This document shows, one piece after another, positions 36,780 through 45,588 of a stretch of 64,000 nucleotides of DNA (the stretch's first letter is position 1; the number at the start of each line of letters is the position of its first letter). Source of the stretch: Fusobacteriaceae bacterium (GTDB taxonomy: Bacteria > Fusobacteriota > Fusobacteriia > Fusobacteriales > Fusobacteriaceae); contig JBOFCM010000129.1 of the NCBI GenBank assembly GCA_051646055.1, positions 895-64,894 of the forward strand. The letters run 5' to 3'. A program made the translations under genes and the position numbers. The notes below the pieces were generated by a model, which worked only from the letters and a program-made list of their open reading frames with translations, was not told the origin of the DNA and ran no database searches.

Positions 36780-38888
36780 TTATAATCTGAAAAGAAGATC
36801 TTCATAAGTTGGGATAGCTAAAAGAGATTTTTCAACATATTTTTCTGTGCTGTCAACCTTATCTCTAAGCTTTTTTAGAAGAGGAACAATCTCTTTTTCT
36901 AGAAATACAGCTTTTGCATAGATTTCTTCAATATTTCCAGATTCTTCGTATTTTTCATCTATTTTAGAAAGGAAATAAGATATCTCATTTTTTATTGAAA
37001 GAAGATTAATTAAATTTTCCTTATCGGATAAAAGAAGTTCATCTGAACCTATGACTTTAGAGATACTGCTGATAGAGTTAGCAACTTTAGATGCATAATC
37101 AACTAAAGCAGGATAAATTTCCGTTCTCACCATTCTAAGAGCCGTTCCAACTTCAATATTAATTTGTTTTACATATCTTTCACAATAAACTACATATCTT
37201 GCTTCCAGTTCAATTTTAGAAAGAACATTTGCCTTGGAAAAGAGCTCTATAGTCTCATTTTCCATATAGACAGGAAGAGCCTCTACAGTATTTTTAAGAT
37301 TTTGAAGACCTCTTCTTTGAGCTTCTTCAACCCATGCCTGCTCATATCCGTTTCCTGAAAAAACAATCCGCTTATGTTTAGCATACCGTTCTTTAATCAA
37401 TTTAACTATATTTTTCTTAAGTTTTTCCTGAGGAACAGATTCTAAGAAATCTGCATATTCTTTGAAGACGGTTCCGATAATAGTATTCATTATGAAAGTT
37501 GGAGTTGATGCAGAGGCACTTGAACCAGGCATTCTAAATTCAAATTTATTCCCTGTGAAGGCAAAAGGTGAAGTTCTGTTTCTGTCAGAAACATCCTTTG
37601 GAATTTTTGGGAAATTCTTTATATTGATCTCTACACTCTCTTTTTCATTTGTTTCTAATGGAATCTTACCTATGTTTTCATAGATCTGCTCAAGTTCAGA
37701 ACCTATGTAGGCAGAGATAATAGCAGGGGGAGCTTCATGTCCTCCCAATCTATGATCATTTCCAGGGGTTGCTGTAGAAACTCTTAGAATTCTGGCATAT
37801 CTGTCTACCGCTTCTAATATTCCTAGCATGAATACAAGGAATCCTAAATTATCTTCTGAAAGAGAAGAGGGATCCAGAAGATTCTCCCCCTGATCTGTAG
37901 AAAGGGACCAGTTACAGTGTTTACCTGAACCGTTGACCCCTTTAAAAGGTTTTTCATGGAGAAGAGCCGCTAAATTTCTACGCTCTGCAACTTTTTTAAT
38001 AATATCCATAGCTAGCTGATTTTGATCCACTGAAACATTGGCACTTGTGAACATAAGGGCAATTTCAAATTGGTTAGGAGCAACTTCGTTATGTTTTGTT
38101 TTGGCCATTATTCCAATTTTCCAAAGCTCAGTATCCAGTTCGGCCATAAAACTTTCAACACGTTCTTTAATTGTTCCATAGTAGTGATCATTAAGCTCCT
38201 GACCCTTAGGAGGTAGTGTACCAAAGAGAGTTCTTCCTGTAAGCATAAGGTCCTGACGATTTTTCCAGAACTCTTTTTCTACTAGAAAATATTCCTGTTC
38301 AATACCTAGAGTATTCTCTATTTTTTTTACATTTTTATCACCTAGAGCAATTTTTAGTCTTAAAGCTTCATCTGTCACAAAATCAATGGAACGGAGCAGA
38401 GGAACTTTTTTATCCAGTGCTACACCATTATAACCGAAAAAGGCTGTGGGGATATAAAGCGATTTAGCTGATCCTTCTCCTCTAAGAAACATAGGAGATT
38501 TCAGATCCCAAGCAGTATAACCTCTAGCTTCAAAAGTTGCTCTTGTTCCTCCGTTGGGGAAAGAAGAGGTATCTGCTTCACCCTTAATGAGTTCTTTTCC
38601 TGAAAATTGAGAGAGAGCATTTCCGTCTGTAGAGATAGAGATAAATGATTCATGTTTTTCAGCAGTCAATTCTGTAAGCGGCTGAAACCAGTGAGTGAAA
38701 TGTGTTGCCCCGTTATCCACGGCCCAATTTTTAACCGCTGTTGCGATGATATCGGCAACGTGCAGCGATAATACTTTATCTCCGTTCTGTACAGATTTGA
38801 ATTCATTAAAAATAGAAGTTGAAACTCTTTTCTTTAATTGATTTTCATCAAAACAGTTAATTCCAAAAATATCTAACATATTTTGCAT
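36780..38888 (-). CDS. glnN: Glutamine synthetase type III
   Basis: 702 aa, collinear with GSIII (long N-terminal domain and GS catalytic core with the NGSGKHCNWS region). Confidence 0.88.
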   Translation of the reverse strand: MQNMLDIFGINCFDENQLKKRVSTSIFNEFKSVQNGDKVLSLHVADIIATAVKNWAVDNGATHFTHWFQPLTELTAEKHESFISISTDGNALSQFSGKELIKGEADTSSFPNGGTRATFEARGYTAWDLKSPMFLRGEGSAKSLYIPTAFFGYNGVALDKKVPLLRSIDFVTDEALRLKIALGDKNVKKIENTLGIEQEYFLVEKEFWKNRQDLMLTGRTLFGTLPPKGQELNDHYYGTIKERVESFMAELDTELWKIGIMAKTKHNEVAPNQFEIALMFTSANVSVDQNQLAMDIIKKVAERRNLAALLHEKPFKGVNGSGKHCNWSLSTDQGENLLDPSSLSEDNLGFLVFMLGILEAVDRYARILRVSTATPGNDHRLGGHEAPPAIISAYIGSELEQIYENIGKIPLETNEKESVEINIKNFPKIPKDVSDRNRTSPFAFTGNKFEFRMPGSSASASTPTFIMNTIIGTVFKEYADFLESVPQEKLKKNIVKLIKERYAKHKRIVFSGNGYEQAWVEEAQRRGLQNLKNTVEALPVYMENETIELFSKANVLSKIELEARYVVYCERYVKQINIEVGTALRMVRTEIYPALVDYASKVANSISSISKVIGSDELLLSDKENLINLLSIKNEISYFLSKIDEKYEESGNIEEIYAKAVFLEKEIVPLLKKLRDKVDSTEKYVEKSLLAIPTYEDLLFRL

Positions 38889-39098
38889 AAATAATCCTCC
38901 CTTATTTTCAAGTGTTCGCTTTTTGGTTCTCTAAAATACTACCCTAAAGTCTTCAAAAAGTCAAATGTTTTGTTTTGAGAAAATAAGTGTTCTATTAATG
39001 CTAATGCGGTTGAAATTTTTGGAATTATTTTTTTAAGATATATTTTAAATCGGTGCTATTTATAGATTATATTATTCGAGCGAAAGAAACTCTTTTTT

Positions 39099-40712
39099 TT
39101 ACTGGGATTGCTTTATTCTGAATCTTTTATCCCGGATATCATAAGTGGTAAAATCTAATTTTTTCAGCAGAGCTTTATCATGAGTCACTATAATTACTGC
39201 CCCAGGAAAGTCTAGAAGCATAGTAGCTATAGCATTTCTTGAGTACTCATCCATATAAGTAGAAGGTTCATCCACTATGAGAAGATCAATTTCAGCTAGA
39301 GTATTGGCAAAAATTTCCAGTCTTTTTTTCTCTCCCCCTGAAAGCATAAATATTCTCTTATCACGGAATTCTGGCTCATCATTATATAGAGTATCTACAG
39401 CCATTTCAATAAAGTCCTCTGAAAGTCCTGTTTTATCTTTTAGGTAATCTATTATGGATATTTTTTCATTTGGAAAAATGGTATCTTGATTTATAAAAGA
39501 AATTTTAGCACGGGAATTTACAAATATCTCTCCGCTGCTGACCTCTTCCTGACCTGTAAGAAGTTTAAGGAGTGTGGATTTACCTGAACCATTTTCTCCC
39601 ACTATGGCTATTTTACTGTCTTTGGATACTGTGAGGTTCAAATCTTTATATAGAAGTTTATCTGGAAATTCTTTGGAAACATTTTTAAGTATAACTATTT
39701 CAGAATCAATTTCTCCTGAGGAGATAAAAACTTCTTTAGGAGCTTCAGTATATTTATATCTGTATTCAGGAGAAAATTCGATTTTGCTATTCTCTAATTT
39801 TTCCAGCTCTCTTTCCATTCTTCTTAAAATTACAGCTTGGGCATGTTTATTTCCACATTTTTCTAGAAGAGCAAGTTTTTTAGTAGAGGCACGATTAGTT
39901 TTCTCAATTATTTGCTCAGTGGAAATGTTTATTTTTTTAGCTTTGGCAATAATGGCTTTTTTCTCTTTCACGTATCCTGGATAATTAGCATCGAAGGCAG
40001 ATACTGTAAAATTGTCCACATCGAAAATTCGGTTGGCAAAGGATCTGATGAAATCCACGTTGTGAGAAACTACCAGGAAAGCTTTTTTACTGTTAGCTAT
40101 ATATTCAGATAGCCATGCAGTTCTCTTTCTGTCAAAGAAAGATAGAGGCTCATCTAAAATAATAAGATCTGAATTACTGAAAAGAACAACAGCTAGTCTG
40201 ACATATTGTCTCTCTCCACCACTCAGTTCCCTGAATTTTTTTCCTAATTTATCTCCCAGTTCAAAAACTTCAATGAATTCAGATTGAACATGGATATAGG
40301 AATATCCTCCCATACTTTCAAAACGGTCAGAGAGTTCAGCATATTTTTCAAGAAGTTTTGCATTCTCCTCATCATCTTCAGAAAAAAGTGTAGAGATGTG
40401 CTCCAGTTCATTTTGTGCATGGATAATATGTTGGAAAGGAAGATTCAAAAGTTCTTCCACTTTCATATTCTGATCGATAGAACCGAACTGATCGAAACAG
40501 GCGATTACAGCTTCTTCGTTGATAATTACCTCTCCCTCGTCTGGAAGTTCCTCATCTTTGATAAGCTTTATAAAAGTTGATTTTCCTGTACCATTATTTC
40601 CTATAAGTGCTATTTTGTCACGAGAATTAATTTCTAAATTGATATCGGCATATAGTTTCTGTGTAAAAAAAGATTTAGAAACATTTTTAAATTCTATTAT
40701 ATTCATTTTCAA
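39099..40712 (-). CDS. ABC-F family ATPase (two ABC cassettes, no TM domain)
   Basis: Walker A GNNGTGKST and GENGSGKST. Signatures LSGGERQ and LSGGEKK. Walker B ILDEP and IVDEP. Helical linker between the two cassettes. Confidence 0.85.
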   Translation of the reverse strand: MKMNIIEFKNVSKSFFTQKLYADINLEINSRDKIALIGNNGTGKSTFIKLIKDEELPDEGEVIINEEAVIACFDQFGSIDQNMKVEELLNLPFQHIIHAQNELEHISTLFSEDDEENAKLLEKYAELSDRFESMGGYSYIHVQSEFIEVFELGDKLGKKFRELSGGERQYVRLAVVLFSNSDLIILDEPLSFFDRKRTAWLSEYIANSKKAFLVVSHNVDFIRSFANRIFDVDNFTVSAFDANYPGYVKEKKAIIAKAKKINISTEQIIEKTNRASTKKLALLEKCGNKHAQAVILRRMERELEKLENSKIEFSPEYRYKYTEAPKEVFISSGEIDSEIVILKNVSKEFPDKLLYKDLNLTVSKDSKIAIVGENGSGKSTLLKLLTGQEEVSSGEIFVNSRAKISFINQDTIFPNEKISIIDYLKDKTGLSEDFIEMAVDTLYNDEPEFRDKRIFMLSGGEKKRLEIFANTLAEIDLLIVDEPSTYMDEYSRNAIATMLLDFPGAVIIVTHDKALLKKLDFTTYDIRDKRFRIKQSQ

Positions 40713-40800
40713 CTCCTTAAATATAGATATACATATTTAACTATTATATCATATTTTCAAAAACATTTCATCGCTTTTTTAAATTTGATATTGTAATATG

Positions 40801-40829
40801 TTGACTTTTTCTAAAACATATAATATAAT
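40801..40829 (+). promoter_or_regulatory. Consensus promoter driving the guanine-class riboswitch leader
   Basis: TTGACT (40801-40806), 17-nt spacer, TATAAT (40824-40829). Confidence 0.55.
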
Positions 40830-40875
40830 TATAGCTAATATAAACAAAATAGAAGAAAACAAACAAAATATAATA

Positions 40876-40942
40876 CTCATATAAATTCGGAAATATGGTC
40901 CGAAAGTTTCTACAACCTCGCCGTAAATGGGGTTACTATGGG
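40876..40942 (+). promoter_or_regulatory. Purine riboswitch aptamer, guanine/hypoxanthine class (C at the specificity position)
   Basis: P1 CUCAUA/UAUGGG. P2 UUCGGA-AAUAUGG-UCCGAA. J2/3 AGUUUCUAC. P3 AACCUC-GCCGUAAAU-GGGGUU. Then A and C (40936) before the P1 3' strand. Confidence 0.85.
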
Positions 40943-40956
40943 CAGATTGATACTTG

Positions 40957-40998
40957 AAAAAGTATAAATTCTACCCAGGTGGAGTTTATACTTTTTTT
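40957..40998 (+). terminator. Riboswitch expression-platform terminator
   Basis: AAAAAGTATAAA ... TTTATACTTTTT stem followed by a T run, ending 22 nt before the permease ATG. Confidence 0.7.
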
Positions 40999-41020
40999 GT
41001 TTTTAAAGGAGAGAGATTAG

Positions 41021-42322
41021 ATGAATTTGAAAAAAGCTTTAGACAGACATTTTAAAATCCACGAAAGACATAGTACAATCAGACAAGAAATCATAGGGGG
41101 AATAACTACCTTTATGACTATGGCTTATATTATCTTTGTAAACCCTGCAATACTTTCAGATGCTGGAATGGACAGAGGCGCCTTGATAACTGTGACAACT
41201 ATTTCAGCTGCCATGGGAACCCTAATAGCAGCCCTTTTTGCCAATGTTCCCTTTGCCTTAGCGCCAGGAATGGGACTCAATGCGTTTTTTACCTATTCTT
41301 TGGTAATTGGACGTGGAATTCCTTGGGAGACGGCTTTAGGAATTGTTTTTCTTTCGGGAGTTTTTTTTCTGCTTCTATCTCTAGGTGGTATTCGTGAAAA
41401 GATAGCCAATGCAATACCTCTTTCCCTTAAAATATCAGTGACAGGAGGAATAGGTCTTTTTATAGCTTTTATAGGACTGAAAACTCTAGGTGTAGTAACT
41501 TCTAATCCTGCTACTCTTGTAGGGATTGCAAAATTTTCTCCTGAAATTTTAATTGGAATTTTAGGTTTATTTATCTCTGTTATTTTAGAAATAAGAAAGG
41601 TAAAAGGGGGAATTCTTATAGGGATAGTAGCCTCAACAGTAATCGGAATGATGACAGGATACGCTGAGGTACCTAAGCAGATTATCTCTCTTCCTCCAAG
41701 TATAGCTCCAATAGCATTTAAGCTGGATATTTTAGGTGCTTTGAAACTTTCCCTTCTAGGACCTGCATTCTCTTTTATGTTTGTAGATCTCTTTGATTCT
41801 TTGGGAACTCTTATTGCTTGCTCTAAGGAGATTGGACTTACTGATAGAAAAGGAAAGGTTAAAGATCTGGGAAAGATGCTATATACAGATGTTATCTCTA
41901 CAATATTCGGAGCATTTTTAGGGACAAGTACAGTTACAACTCTTTCAGAAACAGCAGCGGGAATCGCTGCAGGTGCCCGAACAGGACTTGCTTCTGTGGT
42001 AACAGCAGGACTTTTCTTAATGGCTCTTTTCTTCACTCCGATTGTGGCAGTGGTGCCGGCATATGCAACAGCCCCAGCTCTTATAATAGTTGGAGTATAT
42101 ATGTTCAGAAATATCTGTGAACTGGACTTTAAAGATTTTAAAACAATGTTCCCAGCTTTTATAACAATACTAATGATGCCGCTTACTTACAGCATAAGTA
42201 TCGGTCTTGCTCTAGGATTTATCTCCTACATAGTTATCCATCTGGGAACCGGAGAGGGTCATAAAATAAATAAAACTTTATATTTCATTGGAGCACTATC
42301 AGTTTTAAGTCTTGTAGTTTAA
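41021..42322 (+). CDS. NCS2 (AzgA/PbuG-type) purine permease, predicted guanine/hypoxanthine
   Basis: 433 aa. The N-terminus (FKIHERHSTIRQEIIGGITTFMTMAYIIFVNP) is typical of the AzgA subfamily. Guanine-class riboswitch leader upstream. Confidence 0.85.
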   Translation: MNLKKALDRHFKIHERHSTIRQEIIGGITTFMTMAYIIFVNPAILSDAGMDRGALITVTTISAAMGTLIAALFANVPFALAPGMGLNAFFTYSLVIGRGIPWETALGIVFLSGVFFLLLSLGGIREKIANAIPLSLKISVTGGIGLFIAFIGLKTLGVVTSNPATLVGIAKFSPEILIGILGLFISVILEIRKVKGGILIGIVASTVIGMMTGYAEVPKQIISLPPSIAPIAFKLDILGALKLSLLGPAFSFMFVDLFDSLGTLIACSKEIGLTDRKGKVKDLGKMLYTDVISTIFGAFLGTSTVTTLSETAAGIAAGARTGLASVVTAGLFLMALFFTPIVAVVPAYATAPALIIVGVYMFRNICELDFKDFKTMFPAFITILMMPLTYSISIGLALGFISYIVIHLGTGEGHKINKTLYFIGALSVLSLVV

Positions 42323-42352
42323 GTGAAACAATAAAATAGATTTATTGGTATT

Positions 42353-42394
42353 AAAAAAGGATGAGAAGTCAAATTTGACTTCTCATCCTTTTTT
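42353..42394. terminator. Bidirectional terminator, perfect 42-nt palindrome
   Basis: AAAAAAGGATGAGAAGTCAAA|TTTGACTTCTCATCCTTTTTT, shared by the two convergent permease genes. Confidence 0.85.
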
Positions 42395-43729
42395 CTACAT
42401 AAGTATAAAATATCCTACAAGAGGTATACTCAGAAAAATTATAGGAGCATTAAGTTCCTTGTACTTCCCTGTTAGTAGCTTTATAATTACGTGGGAAAGG
42501 ATACCTATGCTCATTCCTGTGGCCATATTGTCGGTAAAAATTGTGAACATTATGGTGATAATTGCAGGAACAAAATCAGTCATCTCTTCCATATCTATAT
42601 ATTTCAAACTCGTCATCATCAGAATTCCTATAAAAATAAGAGCTGGTGCTGTAGCAGCCGAAGGAATTATATATACAATCGGAGTAATGAAGAGTGTCAA
42701 CATAAAACATATTCCAGTGGTAATAGCTGTAAGCCCAGTACGCCCTCCCTCTTCCACTCCAGCTGCGGATTCGAGAAAAGTTGTAATGGTAGTTGAACCT
42801 AAAATAGAACCCAAAATTGTAGCTATGGAATCTACTAGAAAAGGTTTGTCAATCTCAGGAAGATCTCCGTTTTCATCTAAAAGATTTGCTTTAGCAGAAA
42901 CTCCCAGTAAGGTTCCCAGTGTGGAGAAAAAATCTCCTACAAAAAAAGTGAAGATAAGAGGGAAAAAACTCCATTTTAGTGCTCCCATAATATCTAGCTT
43001 AAATGCTATAGGTCTGATAGATGGTGGGAGAGAGAAAAAACTCTCAGGAATTTGTGTGATACCCATAGGAATTCCAATAAGTGTTGTGATAAGAATTCCT
43101 ATTAGAACTCCACCACGTACTCTGTTTAGTACAAGAGCTATTGTGATAACCAATCCTATCAGAGAAAGTATTGTGTTAGGGTTGGAAAAGCTTCCCATAG
43201 CTATAGTGTTATTGGAGATACTCATAATATTTCCATTCTTAAAACCTACCATGGCTATAAAAAATCCTACAGAAACGCCGATGGCAAATTTAAGATTTCG
43301 AGGTATAGCCCGCACAATTATTTCCCGAAGTCCTAAAAGTGTCAGAAGGAGAAATCCTATTCCAGACAGAAAAACCATCCCTATTCCTACTTCCCAAGTC
43401 ACCATTCCAGTCGATACCAGTGTATATGCAAAAAAAGCATTTCCTCCCATGGCAGGAGCCATGGCAAAGGGTCTATTGGTATAAAGGCCCATTATGATTG
43501 AAAAAATAGCTGAAAGGAGTGCAGTTACAATTGTTACGGCTCCAGTATCCATTCCTGCAGCACTCATGAACAGGGGTTGAACTATTAAAATATAGGCCAT
43601 TGTCATAAATGTTGTTATTCCTGCAGTTATCTCTGTAGTAACTGAGGTGTTTTTTTCGCTAAGTTTAAAATAGTTGTCAAGGCAGCTTAGCACTCCCTTT
43701 TTTTGTTGCAGTGTTACAATTTTTTCCAT
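42395..43729 (-). CDS. NCS2 (AzgA/PurP-type) purine permease, predicted adenine-linked
   Basis: 444 aa, paralogous architecture (FKLSEKNTSVTTEITAGITTFMTMAYILIVQP). AGGAGG sits 5 nt before the ATG. Adenine-class riboswitch leader upstream. Confidence 0.85.
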   Translation of the reverse strand: MEKIVTLQQKKGVLSCLDNYFKLSEKNTSVTTEITAGITTFMTMAYILIVQPLFMSAAGMDTGAVTIVTALLSAIFSIIMGLYTNRPFAMAPAMGGNAFFAYTLVSTGMVTWEVGIGMVFLSGIGFLLLTLLGLREIIVRAIPRNLKFAIGVSVGFFIAMVGFKNGNIMSISNNTIAMGSFSNPNTILSLIGLVITIALVLNRVRGGVLIGILITTLIGIPMGITQIPESFFSLPPSIRPIAFKLDIMGALKWSFFPLIFTFFVGDFFSTLGTLLGVSAKANLLDENGDLPEIDKPFLVDSIATILGSILGSTTITTFLESAAGVEEGGRTGLTAITTGICFMLTLFITPIVYIIPSAATAPALIFIGILMMTSLKYIDMEEMTDFVPAIITIMFTIFTDNMATGMSIGILSHVIIKLLTGKYKELNAPIIFLSIPLVGYFILM

Positions 43730-43738
43730 TAAAACCTC

Positions 43739-43801
43739 CTAATAATAAATCATTTACGGTGATTTGTAGAAACTCCTGACCATATTACAGGATTATATTA
43801 G
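43739..43801 (-). promoter_or_regulatory. Purine riboswitch aptamer, adenine class (U at the specificity position)
   Basis: Minus-strand read. P1 CUAAUA/UAUUAG. P2 UCCUG-UAAUAUGGU-CAGGA. J2/3 GUUUCUAC. P3 AAAUCA-CCGUAAA-UGAUUU. Then A and U (plus-strand A at 43745). No terminator follows; the P1 3' strand overlaps the SD. Confidence 0.8.
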
Positions 43802-43827
43802 TAAAAGAAAAGATACTTTTACAGAGT

Positions 43828-43856
43828 ATTGTATAATAAAACCCAGTAATAGTCAA
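43828..43856 (-). promoter_or_regulatory. Candidate promoter for the adenine-riboswitch leader
   Basis: On the minus strand: TTGACT (43856-43851), 17-nt spacer, TACAAT (43833-43828). Confidence 0.5.
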
Positions 43857-43985
43857 TAAAAATCCTATTTATTAAATAGAAATAGGAGATAGAGAATTGG
43901 ATTTTCAGGATTTTTAAATTTAATTGGAGAGAGGCCATATCTCTGTGGTATAATATAGAGGATAATATAGATAGTGAGGTTGCCA

Positions 43986-45023
43986 ATGAAAAAAATACTG
44001 ATTTTTATTTTGATGCCCCTAATTTTTTTAAAGGGGTTTTCCAATGGTCTGTCCATAAAATCCATAACTTCCGCTTTGGGAGGAAAAGAGATTGTAATAA
44101 GTCTCAGCAGTAATAAAATAAAGCCTATTTACAGGAGTAACTATGATTCAAGAAATCAACTTATTTTTTTGGAGATAGATAATGCTAAAGGAGCTCCCGC
44201 AGCAGTCTCAAAAAAAATTTCAACAAAATATGCAGAAAGTGTAAAAATGGTTTCCACAGGAAAAGGAACTGGAATTTTTATAAAACATAGGAATAATCTT
44301 AATTATAAGATAAGCTATAGAGGAAGTGAAATTAAAATAACTTTCACTCCAATGAGCAGCAAAAAAAACTTTACTATAGTCATTGATTCTGGGCATGGAG
44401 GGAAAGATCCGGGAGCAGTTGCTGGAGGTTATAGAGAAAAGGATATAGCTCTGGGAGTTGCAAAGTATTTGGAAAGTAATCTGAAAAAGGATTTCAATGT
44501 GATAATGACCAGAGACAGAGATGAATTTAAAGCTCTTTCTGAAAGACCTAAAATTGCTAACAGCAAAAAAGCAGATATGTTTATAAGTCTTCATGTAAAT
44601 GCTGCTCAAAGTACTACAGCCAAAGGAGTAGAGGTGTTCTATTATTCCAAGACATCATCCCCTTATGCAGCAAGGGTAGCTGCCTATGAAAATAGTTTCG
44701 GAGAGAAATATGGAGATAAAGTGGGAGATATATCTAAAATTTTGGGGGAGCTGGAATATAAAAAATATCAAGAAGTATCAGCAAAACTGGCTAAAGGTAT
44801 AAATGATTCTTTGGCGAAATCCATGAACATGACCAACAGAGGAATACAAGGAGCTAACTTCGCAGTATTGAGAGGACTCGGCCGACCTAAAGTTATAATT
44901 CCAGGAGTTCTAGTGGAGTTAGGATTTATAACCAATAAAAGTGATAGAGACAAAATAGCAAACAAAAATAATCAGAAAATCATGGCTGATAGGATAGCTG
45001 AGCAGGTAAGATCATATTTTTAA
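43986..45023 (+). CDS. N-acetylmuramoyl-L-alanine amidase (AMIN domain plus Amidase_3)
   Basis: Signal peptide, AMIN-like N-terminal domain, catalytic IVIDSGHGGKDPGA and SLHVNA motifs. An extended -10 (TGGTATAAT) lies at 43946-43954. Confidence 0.85.
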   Translation: MKKILIFILMPLIFLKGFSNGLSIKSITSALGGKEIVISLSSNKIKPIYRSNYDSRNQLIFLEIDNAKGAPAAVSKKISTKYAESVKMVSTGKGTGIFIKHRNNLNYKISYRGSEIKITFTPMSSKKNFTIVIDSGHGGKDPGAVAGGYREKDIALGVAKYLESNLKKDFNVIMTRDRDEFKALSERPKIANSKKADMFISLHVNAAQSTTAKGVEVFYYSKTSSPYAARVAAYENSFGEKYGDKVGDISKILGELEYKKYQEVSAKLAKGINDSLAKSMNMTNRGIQGANFAVLRGLGRPKVIIPGVLVELGFITNKSDRDKIANKNNQKIMADRIAEQVRSYF

Positions 45024-45039
45024 AAGGAGAGAAAAGAGA

Positions 45040-45570
45040 ATGAGAAAAGGGATAATGGTAATTTTAACTGCATTGTTCACTGGAGGCGCTTTTTATTCAG
45101 GGATGACCTATTTTCTTCTAGAGCAGGAAAGTAGGGAAATTAGAGAGATAATCATAGAGAGTAAAAATGGGGGATCATTAGAAATTCCTAAAGTAAAAAG
45201 AAATTTATATGTTCCGAGTGGTAATTTTAGCTCCCTTGAAAGAGTAGAAATAGAATCTGTCGTAGAAGCTGACAGAGGTAAACTGGTAAAAATGATATAC
45301 AGTCAATTTTTTGAAAAAGTTAAAGAGGGAAAAGAGGATTTTTCTCAACCTGAGCTTCTGAATATTTATTGGGCTGACAGAGATCTTTATCTCAATTTAG
45401 GAAAGAGTGAATCTCTTACCCGGGATCAGAATGGAGCTCTTATAATTTTATACGGAATAACCAACTCAGTTACTGAGATGGGGGGAGTGAACAGAATAAA
45501 ATTTCTTATAGAGGGAAAGGAAATGGGAGGAGTATTTTCTACATACTATGAGAGGAATCTAAAAATATAA
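45040..45570 (+). CDS. GerMN domain-containing protein
   Basis: N-terminal TM, then a GerMN-like segment (LYLNLG...GVNRIKFLIEGKE). Gene order with the amidase supports the call. Confidence 0.6.
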   Translation: MRKGIMVILTALFTGGAFYSGMTYFLLEQESREIREIIIESKNGGSLEIPKVKRNLYVPSGNFSSLERVEIESVVEADRGKLVKMIYSQFFEKVKEGKEDFSQPELLNIYWADRDLYLNLGKSESLTRDQNGALIILYGITNSVTEMGGVNRIKFLIEGKEMGGVFSTYYERNLKI

Positions 45571-45588
45571 ATTTTAAAGGTGTGAGAG

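Noticed and set aside
38889-39098. Looked for a glutamine riboswitch or a TnrA/GlnR box (TGTNA-N7-TNACA) upstream of glnN
   Set aside because: No conserved motif was found. Only a plausible promoter (TTGACT ... TAGTAT on the minus strand) and a short 5' UTR are present.
41293-42036. 247-aa ORF on the minus strand
   Set aside because: It is antisense to the 433-aa NCS2 permease, the same artefact as above.
42345-43484. 379-aa ORF on the plus strand
   Set aside because: It lies entirely antisense to the 444-aa NCS2 permease. Its translation is low-complexity (I/P/V/K/R-rich) with no RBS. The permease frame has clear family motifs, an RBS and a riboswitch leader. Long antisense ORFs are expected opposite Gly/Ala/Ile-rich membrane genes.
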